Shown piece after piece: positions 8,096 through 16,467 of a stretch of DNA of 64,000 nucleotides (position 1 is the stretch's first letter; the number at the start of each line of letters is the position of its first letter). The notes below the pieces were generated by a model, which worked only from the letters and a program-made list of their open reading frames with translations, made no database searches and was not told the origin of the DNA. Made by a program: the position numbers and the translations under genes. The stretch comes from a virus. Its lineage: Duplodnaviria > Heunggongvirae > Uroviricota > Caudoviricetes. The stretch covers positions 1-64,000 of IMG/VR virus record IMGVR_UViG_3300035208_005614; one strand, written 5' to 3'.

Positions 8096-9751
8096 TTACA
8101 TCATGTCGGGTTTATCTTTTGGTATTTCTGCCATAGCTACTTCTAGGGTTAGGAACATTCCTGCTCCACTAGAAGCATTTTCTAAGGCACATCTCTCTAC
8201 TTTCAATGGATCAATAATTCCACTTTCAATAAGATTATCAACAAAAACATTATTAAAGGCATCAAAACCGCCTCCATCTTCTTGATTTTTAACCTCATTT
8301 ACCACTTCCTCTCCATCTCCTAATCCACAGTTAATAGCAATGTGTTTTAAAGGTATCTCCATTGCTTTGGCAAGAATATCAAAACCTAGAAGCTCATCTA
8401 CCGTGTATTCACCCTCATTTTTGGCCTCTAAAACCCTCGTAGACGCATGAATTAATGAATATCCACCTCCTGGAACTATACCCTCCTCCAAAGCCGCTTT
8501 TACGGCATTTATAGCGTCTTCAACTTTTAGTTTAAGATACTTAGTTTCTGTGTCTGTTGAAGCTCCAACTTTGATTCTTGCAACACCACCAGAAAGTTTA
8601 GCAATTCTTTCCTCAACTTTAAGTTTGTCGTGCTTAGATTCGAGAGTTTCCATTTCTAATTTTGCGGTAGCAATACGCTCATCAATCTTAGTTTTATCTC
8701 CTTTCCCTCCGATAATTGTTGTCTTATCTTTTGTAGAAACAACTCTTTCGGCAGAACCTAGATGATCTAATCCCACTTTATCCATTGTCATACCTAAATC
8801 TTTTGATATAAATGTTGCACCAACTGTAATTGCTATATCTTCCAAATAATCTTTCTTTCTTAAACCGAATCCTGGAGCTTTAACTCCTAGAGTGATAAAT
8901 CCATTTTGGAATCTATTTGCAAGAACTGTTTGAAGAGCGTCTCCAACGATATCTTCAGCGATGATAACTAAATCTTGTTTCCCAGAGGCTTTTAATGCTT
9001 CCATGATCAAATAAACATCTTCAGCAGAACCGAGTTTCAAATCCGTAACTAAGATCGAAACATCTTTAACCACAGATTCTCCACGAGCTGGATCGGTCAT
9101 CATATATGGAGTTATAAAACCTTTATCTAATTCTAAACCTGAAGAAATTTCACTTGTAATTCCAACAACTGGACTTTCCTCCACTGTAATTATTGCATCT
9201 TGTCCTAATTCAGATACTGTCTTTGCAACAACTTTACCTATTTCTTCTGATTTCGAAGAAATGGTTGCAACACGAGTAATCTCTTCATTTCCATTTATTG
9301 GTTTAGAGATAGTTTTTAAGTAATCAACTGCAATCTTTGAAGCTTTATCTATACCAGATTTAACTCCAATAGAATTTACTTTTGCAGGTTTAAGAGAAAT
9401 CAATCTCAAAATCTTTGTCCATAAAGAACCTTTGATTAATTTCATTCCCTCAGTAGCAATAGCCTGATACAAAAGAATTGTGGTTTTTCTTCCATCTCCA
9501 GCGATATCATTTGTTTTTTGTGCTACTTCTTTTTCTAAATTTGCTCCAACATTCTGCATAGAATCTTTTAAAACAATCTCACGTGATATAGAACCGCCAT
9601 CTCCTGTTATTGTTGGTCCACCAAAACCACGATCAAAAACTACATTACGCCCCCTTGGACCTATTGCGGGTTTTATAGAATCACCAACTGCGTCTATACC
9701 GACTTTTAATTCCTTTCTTGCTTCCTCTCCAAATAAAATTCTTTTTGCCAT
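8096..9751 (-). CDS. groEL: Chaperonin GroEL (Cpn60)
   Basis: 551 aa. AKRILFGEEAR...GPRGRNVV..GDGTTT-like region...AVKAALEEGIVPGGG... The C-terminus ends in MM. Collinear with GroEL over its full length. Confidence 0.9.
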   Translation of the reverse strand: MAKRILFGEEARKELKVGIDAVGDSIKPAIGPRGRNVVFDRGFGGPTITGDGGSISREIVLKDSMQNVGANLEKEVAQKTNDIAGDGRKTTILLYQAIATEGMKLIKGSLWTKILRLISLKPAKVNSIGVKSGIDKASKIAVDYLKTISKPINGNEEITRVATISSKSEEIGKVVAKTVSELGQDAIITVEESPVVGITSEISSGLELDKGFITPYMMTDPARGESVVKDVSILVTDLKLGSAEDVYLIMEALKASGKQDLVIIAEDIVGDALQTVLANRFQNGFITLGVKAPGFGLRKKDYLEDIAITVGATFISKDLGMTMDKVGLDHLGSAERVVSTKDKTTIIGGKGDKTKIDERIATAKLEMETLESKHDKLKVEERIAKLSGGVARIKVGASTDTETKYLKLKVEDAINAVKAALEEGIVPGGGYSLIHASTRVLEAKNEGEYTVDELLGFDILAKAMEIPLKHIAINCGLGDGEEVVNEVKNQEDGGGFDAFNNVFVDNLIESGIIDPLKVERCALENASSGAGMFLTLEVAMAEIPKDKPDMM

Positions 9752-9753
9752 AC

Positions 9754-11451
9754 TTATTTTTTATATTTTAATTTCAAGCTATTAATATACTCATCTAACA
9801 TACTGTCCTCTTCTTCTGTTTCTTTTCCTTCAATTAATTGGTCTATAATTTCTTGTTTTCTAGACAAAAGTTTTTTCATAAAACCATCAATTGTCCCTTT
9901 ACTTATTATTTGATAAATGTTCAAACATTCATATTCTGCCCCTGGTCGGTGAGCTCTATTCTCACCTTGATCAAGATCTGCAGGATTCCAAGGAAGATCT
10001 AAAAAAATAACATTTGAAGCCGCGGTTAACGTAATTCCAACACCCGCGCTTCTTGTTCCTCCAAAGAAAATTTTACAGTTCGGATCTGTTTGAAACTTCT
10101 TTACCATCTCTCCTCTCTCGTCAATCGGAGTACTTCCAAGTAAAAGAACAGAATTTTCTTCATATTGATCCGCTAATTCCTGTAGAGGAGCATTGAAACT
10201 TGAAAAAACAATAACTTTTTCATCAGCTTCAATGATTCCGTCTATTAATTCTTTAGCAGTTGTAATTTTGCCCATAGCATTAATCTCTCTAAGAAGATTC
10301 AACTTAACCAATCTTTCGGCCGCCATTGATTTTAAGATTTGTTTATCTGTCTTATCTTTCTTATATGTTTTAAGATATTTAACTAAGTTTTCTTCAACTA
10401 ATTCATACTGAGTTCGCTCCGCTTCTGGCAAATCGATCGGAACTTCGACTCTATTTTTGGGTGGTAACTGGGAAAGAACTTCTTCTTTTGTTCTTCTAAG
10501 AAAATATTTACTTATCTTTTCTTTTAATTCTGCAAGATTTGTAGCTCCTTTCGCTTCAAACCCCCAATAACCTTGCTTGCCATCGCAATACTTCGTTGCA
10601 TACTGATAATAATTGTTCCATTTTTTAGGATCAATCATTGAAAGAACATTAAACATTTCTATAGGTCTTGAAAGAACTGGTGTTCCTGTCAACATGATTA
10701 TGTTTGGAATATTTCTAGCCAACAATTTTATAATTTTAGAACGTTGTGCAGTTGGTGATTTGATCAAATGACTTTCGTCACAAACCAAACAATCAAACTT
10801 ATACTTCATAAATTCATTATAAAACTTCTTTAATATATCATAATTTACTATAACGCAGTTAACATCAAAAGGTATAGATTCTAAATCTGTCTTTGGCTCT
10901 ACAACAAAAGATTTTAAATCTGTCCATTTCTCTATTTCACTCTCCCAAGCAAATTTTACAGAAGCAGGGCAAACAATTAAGCTTCTCTTGTGACCTACAT
11001 GGGTAATGTAACCTAAAGTCTGTGCCGTCTTACCGACACCAGGACTATCAGCCAGCAGAGCTCTCCCCCCACTATTTACTAAAAATTCAACTCCCAACTT
11101 TTGATATTCATACAAATTTCCTTTAATCCCTTTTACAGATATTGTAGAAACTGTAGACTCTTTAATTCTTTCAGCATTTTGTGCTTTCTCTTCTTCAACA
11201 ATAACGCTTTTTTCATATGATTCTAAATCGTTTTTAACATCAACATTAAATTCTAAACCTTCAAATTTTCCTTTTAAAACAGTAATTAGAGAAGGATCAG
11301 TAAAACGCCAGACTTTATTATCCGCATCCCAACTAAATTCTTTCCAACCGAGAGTATTTTTAAGATATTGACAATATTCAACGACAATGTCGTTGTATTC
11401 GCTCTCAAATGCGTATTCGTGATATTGTGTCTTCTCTTTTAATATTCTCAT
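9754..11451 (-). CDS. SNF2-family helicase/ATPase
   Basis: Walker A LLADSPGVGKTAQ, DESH box (CDESHLIKS) and helicase-C motifs (DLPWNPADLDQGENRAHRPG). An N-terminal region of about 110 aa is unassigned. Confidence 0.8.
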   Translation of the reverse strand: MRILKEKTQYHEYAFESEYNDIVVEYCQYLKNTLGWKEFSWDADNKVWRFTDPSLITVLKGKFEGLEFNVDVKNDLESYEKSVIVEEEKAQNAERIKESTVSTISVKGIKGNLYEYQKLGVEFLVNSGGRALLADSPGVGKTAQTLGYITHVGHKRSLIVCPASVKFAWESEIEKWTDLKSFVVEPKTDLESIPFDVNCVIVNYDILKKFYNEFMKYKFDCLVCDESHLIKSPTAQRSKIIKLLARNIPNIIMLTGTPVLSRPIEMFNVLSMIDPKKWNNYYQYATKYCDGKQGYWGFEAKGATNLAELKEKISKYFLRRTKEEVLSQLPPKNRVEVPIDLPEAERTQYELVEENLVKYLKTYKKDKTDKQILKSMAAERLVKLNLLREINAMGKITTAKELIDGIIEADEKVIVFSSFNAPLQELADQYEENSVLLLGSTPIDERGEMVKKFQTDPNCKIFFGGTRSAGVGITLTAASNVIFLDLPWNPADLDQGENRAHRPGAEYECLNIYQIISKGTIDGFMKKLLSRKQEIIDQLIEGKETEEEDSMLDEYINSLKLKYKK

Positions 11452-11456
11452 ACATT

Positions 11457-11672
11457 TTATTTCATTTTTTTATTATCCTTTAACTTTAAACCTTTTCTCT
11501 TAGATTCTTCAATCTCCTTAATCGCTTTTAAGGTTTTCTCAGAATCAAAAATATTCATTTTTCCCACTTTCGTAATAGGTTTAAGCAACCCGATTGAGAA
11601 ATAATAAGCCAACTTGCTCTTATTTATCCCCAATTCTATGGCTAGCTCTCCTAATGATGCCTGTTTATTCAT
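11457..11672 (-). CDS. Small HTH DNA-binding protein
   Basis: 71 aa. LGELAIELGINKSKLAYYFSIGLL resembles a MerR/Xis-type helix-turn-helix. First gene after the 11701 promoter. Confidence 0.5.
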   Translation of the reverse strand: MNKQASLGELAIELGINKSKLAYYFSIGLLKPITKVGKMNIFDSEKTLKAIKEIEESKRKGLKLKDNKKMK

Positions 11673-11700
11673 GATTATTTTTATTATTGATACTCTGTAA

Positions 11701-11728
11701 GTATACTCCTTTCTCCTTACTTGTCAAG
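11701..11728 (-). promoter_or_regulatory. Sigma-70-like promoter TTGACA-N16-TATACT (copy 2)
   Basis: Minus-strand reading cTTGACAagtaaggagaaaggagTATACTtac, between the Fic stop and the HTH gene start. Confidence 0.65.
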
Positions 11729-11734
11729 TAAGAT

Positions 11735-12292
11735 TTATCTAAACCATTTATAATAGTTCTTCTGTTCATCTCCCCCTTTATCATAATCAGCATGGATTAC
11801 TTCTATTGGAAGCCTATATTGAATGCGATGCCACAACATGATAAGTCTTCCAACACGACCATTTCCATCCTCAAAAGGATGAATATTTTCAAACTGAATA
11901 TGAGACGTTTTTACAACAGATTTAGGAGAAAGTGACTCATCTTGTGAATAAATTAATATATCTTTACAAAAATTTTCAAGATCATCATTTATCAATTGCC
12001 ATGAAATAAAGGGTTTAACGTGCCCCCCTATCCACACATCACAATTACGGTATCTTCCCGCTATATCTGGTCGAAGATCTTTCATTAGAATTTTATGAAT
12101 TTTAAGTATTTTATTAGGTGTTAAATATTTTTGATATTTTAAGTAATTCCATGCTTTTTTTGCCTGAATAAAAGGTTCTAATCCCTCAACTCTTTCAATT
12201 GAATTTGATTCTCTGATAAAATCATCTATATTTTTGTTTCTTGTTGCTCTCTTTTTTAACTTTTGTTTTTTCATATCATTAATTTTTTTCAC
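11735..12292 (-). CDS. Fic/Doc-family protein (AMPylation-type enzyme)
   Basis: Canonical Fic motif HPFEDGNGRVGR. Confidence 0.8.
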   Translation of the reverse strand: MKKINDMKKQKLKKRATRNKNIDDFIRESNSIERVEGLEPFIQAKKAWNYLKYQKYLTPNKILKIHKILMKDLRPDIAGRYRNCDVWIGGHVKPFISWQLINDDLENFCKDILIYSQDESLSPKSVVKTSHIQFENIHPFEDGNGRVGRLIMLWHRIQYRLPIEVIHADYDKGGDEQKNYYKWFR

Positions 12293-12632
12293 AAAATAAC
12301 TCTACTGTGATATTTTTATAAATTCCTATTGACATATTTGTATAATTAGGTTTTAGTATATTTGCTCGATGTGTTGGAGAATCCATAAGAGCTTTCTCCT
12401 CTGAAATAGCACTAGGATAATTCTTTGCTAGATTCTCCCCTATATAATCACAATCCAAATTAACAAATGAATTTTTCCATCCTAAATGAGACCACTGTCC
12501 TGTATCATACAAATACTTTGCTCTTACTCCTGCCATTTGTGCCATCTGTGGGTACGTCTGAAGAGGGGCTAAATTTGCTCTAGCTCTATCATTGTTTGTC
12601 AGCATAAATAATAAGAGTAATTGTGATATCAT
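12279..12632 (-). CDS. CAP/SCP/PR-1 (YkwD-like) domain protein
   Basis: GENLAKNYPSAISEEKALMDSPTHRANILKPNYTNMSIGI matches the CAP-domain C-terminal motifs (GEN..., W..S.GHR.NIL...IG). Hydrophobic N-terminus. Confidence 0.6.
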   Translation of the reverse strand: MISQLLLLFMLTNNDRARANLAPLQTYPQMAQMAGVRAKYLYDTGQWSHLGWKNSFVNLDCDYIGENLAKNYPSAISEEKALMDSPTHRANILKPNYTNMSIGIYKNITVELFCEKN

Positions 12633-12931
12633 TTTATTAGTTTTTTATAATCCCTAATACAAATTGGTAGGTGGTCATTCTTTCTTTTACTTAAAAAGTC
12701 TAAAGAATATTCATAATACTCAAACATTTGCTTTCTTGAGTATTTATAACGAACAAAATCTACCATATCTGTCATATTAAAGAAATAATCATTAATATGA
12801 TAAACTCCTCCAACTTCATTTGCTACCCACCAACGTTCATTATCTTTGCCGAAGTATTTTATTGCAAAATACACAGCAAAATCATTTGTATACCACTCCC
12901 AATTCTCTAAAAATTGATTAATTTTTTTCAT
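12629..12931 (-). CDS. Hypothetical protein
   Basis: 100-aa ORF overlapping both neighbours by 4 nt (ATGA-type coupling). Confidence 0.4.
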   Translation of the reverse strand: MKKINQFLENWEWYTNDFAVYFAIKYFGKDNERWWVANEVGGVYHINDYFFNMTDMVDFVRYKYSRKQMFEYYEYSLDFLSKRKNDHLPICIRDYKKLIK

Positions 12932-13290
12932 TTTGTTTTTACAATTAGATTTTTATCCGCCATTCCAAAAGAAACTTCATCGTCAAAAGCAATATCGACT
13001 TGACCGTGAATAGTGTCATCATATTCGGCTTTTCCAAAACACTGATCTACCCACTTTTCTAAGCCAAATTTTAACACTATTTGCTCTGCGTATTCCTTAC
13101 CACCACCACTCCAAACATAGATCTTGCAATTTTTAATATGTTCATGAAGCAATTCCATAAGTTGAACTGTTCTCAAGTTCAATACTGGTTCAGCTTTATA
13201 CATGAATGGTGATCCATATATTGTTCCGTCTACGTCAAACGAGATGATAATTTCTTTCATATTTTTATCTCCTACCGTAATAGTAGGCAA
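12928..13290 (-). CDS. HAD-superfamily phosphatase-like protein
   Basis: ISFDVDGTI matches HAD motif I (DxDGT). Confidence 0.5.
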   Translation of the reverse strand: MPTITVGDKNMKEIIISFDVDGTIYGSPFMYKAEPVLNLRTVQLMELLHEHIKNCKIYVWSGGGKEYAEQIVLKFGLEKWVDQCFGKAEYDDTIHGQVDIAFDDEVSFGMADKNLIVKTK

Positions 13291-13513
13291 TTAAATTTTG
13301 TAATTTTAACTTTTTCGACTTTTCTTCTTTTTCTGTGGAATCCTCCACAACTGCTGTCTCCCATTCTTCTTTAGAATAATAACTAACGGGTTGCATTTGT
13401 GGACGTGCCATTTGTACCTGGGAGGCTAGAATGGTTCTTTCCCAATCTTTTATGCGGTTCTCCCTTATACGCATCTCCTCCTGATAACTATTCGTATAAG
13501 CCATGAGAGTCAT
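13265..13513 (-). CDS. Hypothetical protein
   Basis: 82-aa ORF in the operon string. Confidence 0.35.
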   Translation of the reverse strand: MTLMAYTNSYQEEMRIRENRIKDWERTILASQVQMARPQMQPVSYYSKEEWETAVVEDSTEKEEKSKKLKLQNLIAYYYGRR

Positions 13514-13514
13514 G

Positions 13515-13934
13515 TTATTTAACTATATGAACGGTATTCTTCCCGACTAGACCATCAACTAACTTATTTAGAATATCCTTCATGTCTTTAACATCAAAAC
13601 CTAGATTTTCGAAAGCTTTGGTCAAGATTTCTGCTTCTTTTGTTTTGTTATTTAGATTCATCTTCAACTCAGCATTTTCTTTAGTCAAAACCTTTGTTGC
13701 TTCTGCTACTTTATTTTCCAATTCTAAATCTTTTCTAGTAACAATAATCTCATTATCTTTAGCGAGATTATCTGCTTTTTTCTCCAATCCTTCAATCTCT
13801 TCTCTATGAATCTTACCTTGTCTTTCTATTTTTTCTTCATACTCCTTAACTATTTGTCCTTCTCTTTCCTTGCTCTTATTTGCATCTGCTTTTTCAAGCA
13901 AATCATTATATGTTTTATCTGATAAAAATTTCAT
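13515..13934 (-). CDS. Hypothetical coiled-coil protein
   Basis: 139 aa, K/E-rich heptad-like. The antisense ORF 13582-13809 is low-complexity. Confidence 0.4.
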   Translation of the reverse strand: MKFLSDKTYNDLLEKADANKSKEREGQIVKEYEEKIERQGKIHREEIEGLEKKADNLAKDNEIIVTRKDLELENKVAEATKVLTKENAELKMNLNNKTKEAEILTKAFENLGFDVKDMKDILNKLVDGLVGKNTVHIVK

Positions 13935-13935
13935 T

Positions 13936-14250
13936 TTATTGGTATCTTGCGATACATTCCTGTATCATTTTACTCTTATAATTTTCGTCTTCGCACTGTT
14001 TTTTTGCCTCAGTATTTGTGATCGATCCACAAATATCTGAATCTTTTCCTGTATCAACCACAGGTTCATCTGGTTCTGGAATATATGCTACTGCGGTCTG
14101 ATTAAATCCACTAACTTTGGTTGATGTAGTAGTCGAATTTGCTTTATTTTTTGCTCTAGCACTTTCAATACTCGCCATCACTACTGATGAAAAAATACCT
14201 ATAATTGCTATTACAACCAACATTTCTATTAACGTAAAACCTTTTTTCAT
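13936..14250 (-). CDS. Type IV pilin-like protein (prepilin N-terminal cleavage/methylation domain)
   Basis: N-terminus MKKGFTLIEMLVVIAIIGIFSSVV is the class-III signal (G|FTLIE) followed by a hydrophobic helix. Confidence 0.7.
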   Translation of the reverse strand: MKKGFTLIEMLVVIAIIGIFSSVVMASIESARAKNKANSTTTSTKVSGFNQTAVAYIPEPDEPVVDTGKDSDICGSITNTEAKKQCEDENYKSKMIQECIARYQ

Positions 14251-14251
14251 T

Positions 14252-14512
14252 TTATTTTTTTATATACCACGCTTTTAATCTAGGTAGATTATCTAAGACC
14301 AACCTTATCTGCTCCTTAGTAATCTTGCCTTGTCCTATCCCGTCTTGTAAAAGAACTACGATAGCTCTTTGAGTTAATTGAGACTTCTGAAGTTTTTCGA
14401 ATCCTTCAGAAACTGAAATTATGCTTTGAGCTAAAAGTTCTATCGACTCGGGATTCTCTTCATTCTTGACTACTCTAATATTTTGTTTTCCCATATTATT
14501 TTGTCTCTTCAA
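14252..14512 (-). CDS. Hypothetical protein
   Basis: 86-aa ORF tightly packed between neighbours. Confidence 0.4.
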   Translation of the reverse strand: MKRQNNMGKQNIRVVKNEENPESIELLAQSIISVSEGFEKLQKSQLTQRAIVVLLQDGIGQGKITKEQIRLVLDNLPRLKAWYIKK

Positions 14513-14646
14513 TTGCTAAAAGAATCTTTTCTGCCACAGCACTAAGAAGAATTCCATCATGTGCCTTATTTGGAACACAGAATTCTCTTAAAACCGCTAT
14601 TATTTTTTCTTTTTTTTCTTCATTCATAATTTTAATTTATTAATTA

Positions 14647-15159
14647 TTAATCTCCCCACGAACCTGAATCACTACTTGAATAACTATCGCTACCCCATGA
14701 TCCTGAATCACTTCCCCAAGATCCTGAATCGCTACTTGAATAGCTATCGCTACCCCATGATCCTGAATCACTACCCCACGAAGTATCGTCTACTGCACTA
14801 CTTTCGTCTCCCCAACTTCCCCAAAAACTATCGTTTGACTTACTTCCACTTCCCCAAGATCCAGAATTACTATCTGAATTACTTGTTGTTTGACTAGGAG
14901 CAGAATCACGATAGGTAGTATTATTGTAATAAGTATTACCTCTTGATCCTCCAAAAAGCCACATCCAGAAAAACGGTTCATACGAGTTGTTCTGCGGTTG
15001 CGATTGAACAACGACATTTGTCGTTGTTCCTGCAACTGTAGTGGAAGAAACATTCTTAGCCGCCTTAAACATCGGAACGAAAGCTAGTACAAGAAATATT
15101 GCGACTAGAATAGAACCGATAACTAAGATTGCCTGTAAATTTTTATGTCTTTCCCACAT
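14647..15159 (-). CDS. Membrane-anchored protein with a Ser/Gly/Trp/Asp-rich repeat tail
   Basis: N-terminal TM segment (ILVIGSILVAIFLVLAFVP). C-terminal SGSWGSDS repeats are encoded by a 57-bp tandem DNA repeat at about 14650-14790. Confidence 0.55.
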   Translation of the reverse strand: MWERHKNLQAILVIGSILVAIFLVLAFVPMFKAAKNVSSTTVAGTTTNVVVQSQPQNNSYEPFFWMWLFGGSRGNTYYNNTTYRDSAPSQTTSNSDSNSGSWGSGSKSNDSFWGSWGDESSAVDDTSWGSDSGSWGSDSYSSSDSGSWGSDSGSWGSDSYSSSDSGSWGD

Positions 15160-15163
15160 ATAA

Positions 15164-16081
15164 TTATTTTAATTGGATTACTGGAATCGTGTTTCCTCCC
15201 ATCATCGTTGATGGATAATGTCCGTCCCATTGCTTGATTGCTTGTAATGCTACGTAATCAGCTCCTCCTTGTGAGTTTATAGCTTGTGCTGAAATTCTTA
15301 TCGCTTCTGCATCTGCTTTTGCTTTTTCTACTGTTTGCTGTGCTTCATATTGAACTTGAACTAATTTGTTCTTTTGAGCTTCAGCGTCTTGAACTGCTGT
15401 AACTTTAGCTTCAATTGATTTGCTAAATGCATCTGAGAAAGCAAAGTTTGTAACTGAGAATCTTTCCATAACTGCATTCTTTTCAACAAATTGTGTTGCA
15501 AGTAAAGCATTTACTTTGTCTGAGAATTCTGCTCTTTTTGTAACCAATTCTTCTGCTGTGTATTGAGCTGATGTAGATTTAACTATTTCTCTAATCATCG
15601 GTTCAATAACATTTGCTTGATAATTCTCTACTGAACTATATTGAGAGAATATTTCTGTTACTTTTGTTGCATCTACGTGATAATTTACAACTACTCCAAT
15701 TGCTACATCCTGAAGATCTTTTGATGCTCCAAAAAGATTTGTAGATTGATTTTTCTCATCTCCTGTATCTCCGCTCTTATCGTAATCAATTGTTTGAGTC
15801 TTAACGCTCATCAAATGAATTGATTCTAACCATGGGAGTTTGAAATAAAGTCCTGGTTGAACTGTACCTACTACCTTACCTAGATTTGTTTTAACTCCTA
15901 CTTCTCCAGCACTAACTGTACCAAATGATCCGAAGATTGTTGGTAATGCGATAAATAAAGTAATAAAAGCAATTGCTATATGTGTAATAACTTTTGCTAG
16001 ATCTACTTCAGTACCGTAATCTGTTTTCATTGAATAATCGAACATTCCTCTTTTTTTATTTTCCATTTTTATATTTTTCAT
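15164..16081 (-). CDS. SPFH/band-7 (prohibitin/HflKC-like) domain membrane protein
   Basis: N-terminal TM (IAIAFITLFIALPTIF) followed by GEVGVKTNLGKVVGTVQPGLYFKLPW, a band-7-like core, then a long A/Q/E-rich coiled-coil tail. Confidence 0.7.
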   Translation of the reverse strand: MKNIKMENKKRGMFDYSMKTDYGTEVDLAKVITHIAIAFITLFIALPTIFGSFGTVSAGEVGVKTNLGKVVGTVQPGLYFKLPWLESIHLMSVKTQTIDYDKSGDTGDEKNQSTNLFGASKDLQDVAIGVVVNYHVDATKVTEIFSQYSSVENYQANVIEPMIREIVKSTSAQYTAEELVTKRAEFSDKVNALLATQFVEKNAVMERFSVTNFAFSDAFSKSIEAKVTAVQDAEAQKNKLVQVQYEAQQTVEKAKADAEAIRISAQAINSQGGADYVALQAIKQWDGHYPSTMMGGNTIPVIQLK

Positions 16082-16093
16082 TATTATTAACTT

Positions 16094-16312
16094 TTAAACA
16101 ACTATACTCTTTTTTAAATCCTCTAAATCTGACAAAAGACTAACAAGTCTTCCTTCAAGGGTTGTTCTTGTTGGTAAGGGACCGTTGAGAGTCGCACTTT
16201 TTGATGGACTACTCTCAATAATAAAATTAGCCTTATCTCTTATTTCAAACACTTTCTTTGAACAATCGTCTATTATTTGTAAATAGACATTACTGTTTAC
16301 TTTTTCTTCCAT
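16094..16312 (-). CDS. Hypothetical protein
   Basis: 72-aa ORF, first gene downstream of the 16368 leftward promoter. Confidence 0.4.
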   Translation of the reverse strand: MEEKVNSNVYLQIIDDCSKKVFEIRDKANFIIESSPSKSATLNGPLPTRTTLEGRLVSLLSDLEDLKKSIVV

Positions 16313-16367
16313 TTTTAATAAAATTATTCGTGAGAAAAAATGACTAGTTTCTTCTCTAACTCAGCCA

Positions 16368-16395
16368 AGTATACTCCTTTCAAAATACTTGTCAA
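16368..16395 (-). promoter_or_regulatory. Sigma-70-like promoter TTGACA-N16-TATACT (copy 3, leftward)
   Basis: Minus-strand reading cTTGACAagtattttgaaaggagTATACTtgg, in the divergent region. Confidence 0.65.
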
Positions 16396-16407
16396 GTAAA
16401 AAGAAGA

Positions 16408-16436
16408 TTTACTTTCATTTAGTACTGTGGTATGAT
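16408..16436 (+). promoter_or_regulatory. Rightward promoter with an extended -10 box
   Basis: TTTACT-N17-TGgTATGAT on the plus strand, about 30 nt upstream of the 16468 gene and back to back with the 16368 leftward promoter. Confidence 0.45.
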
Positions 16437-16467
16437 GTATAAATTACTAGTTATAATATAAAATAAT

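Noticed and set aside
14676-15053. Alternative-frame ORFs 14676-14897 (+) and 14790-15053 (-) in the SW-repeat gene
   Set aside because: They are shadows of the tandem DNA repeat. The chosen frame has a proper N-terminal TM segment and operon context.
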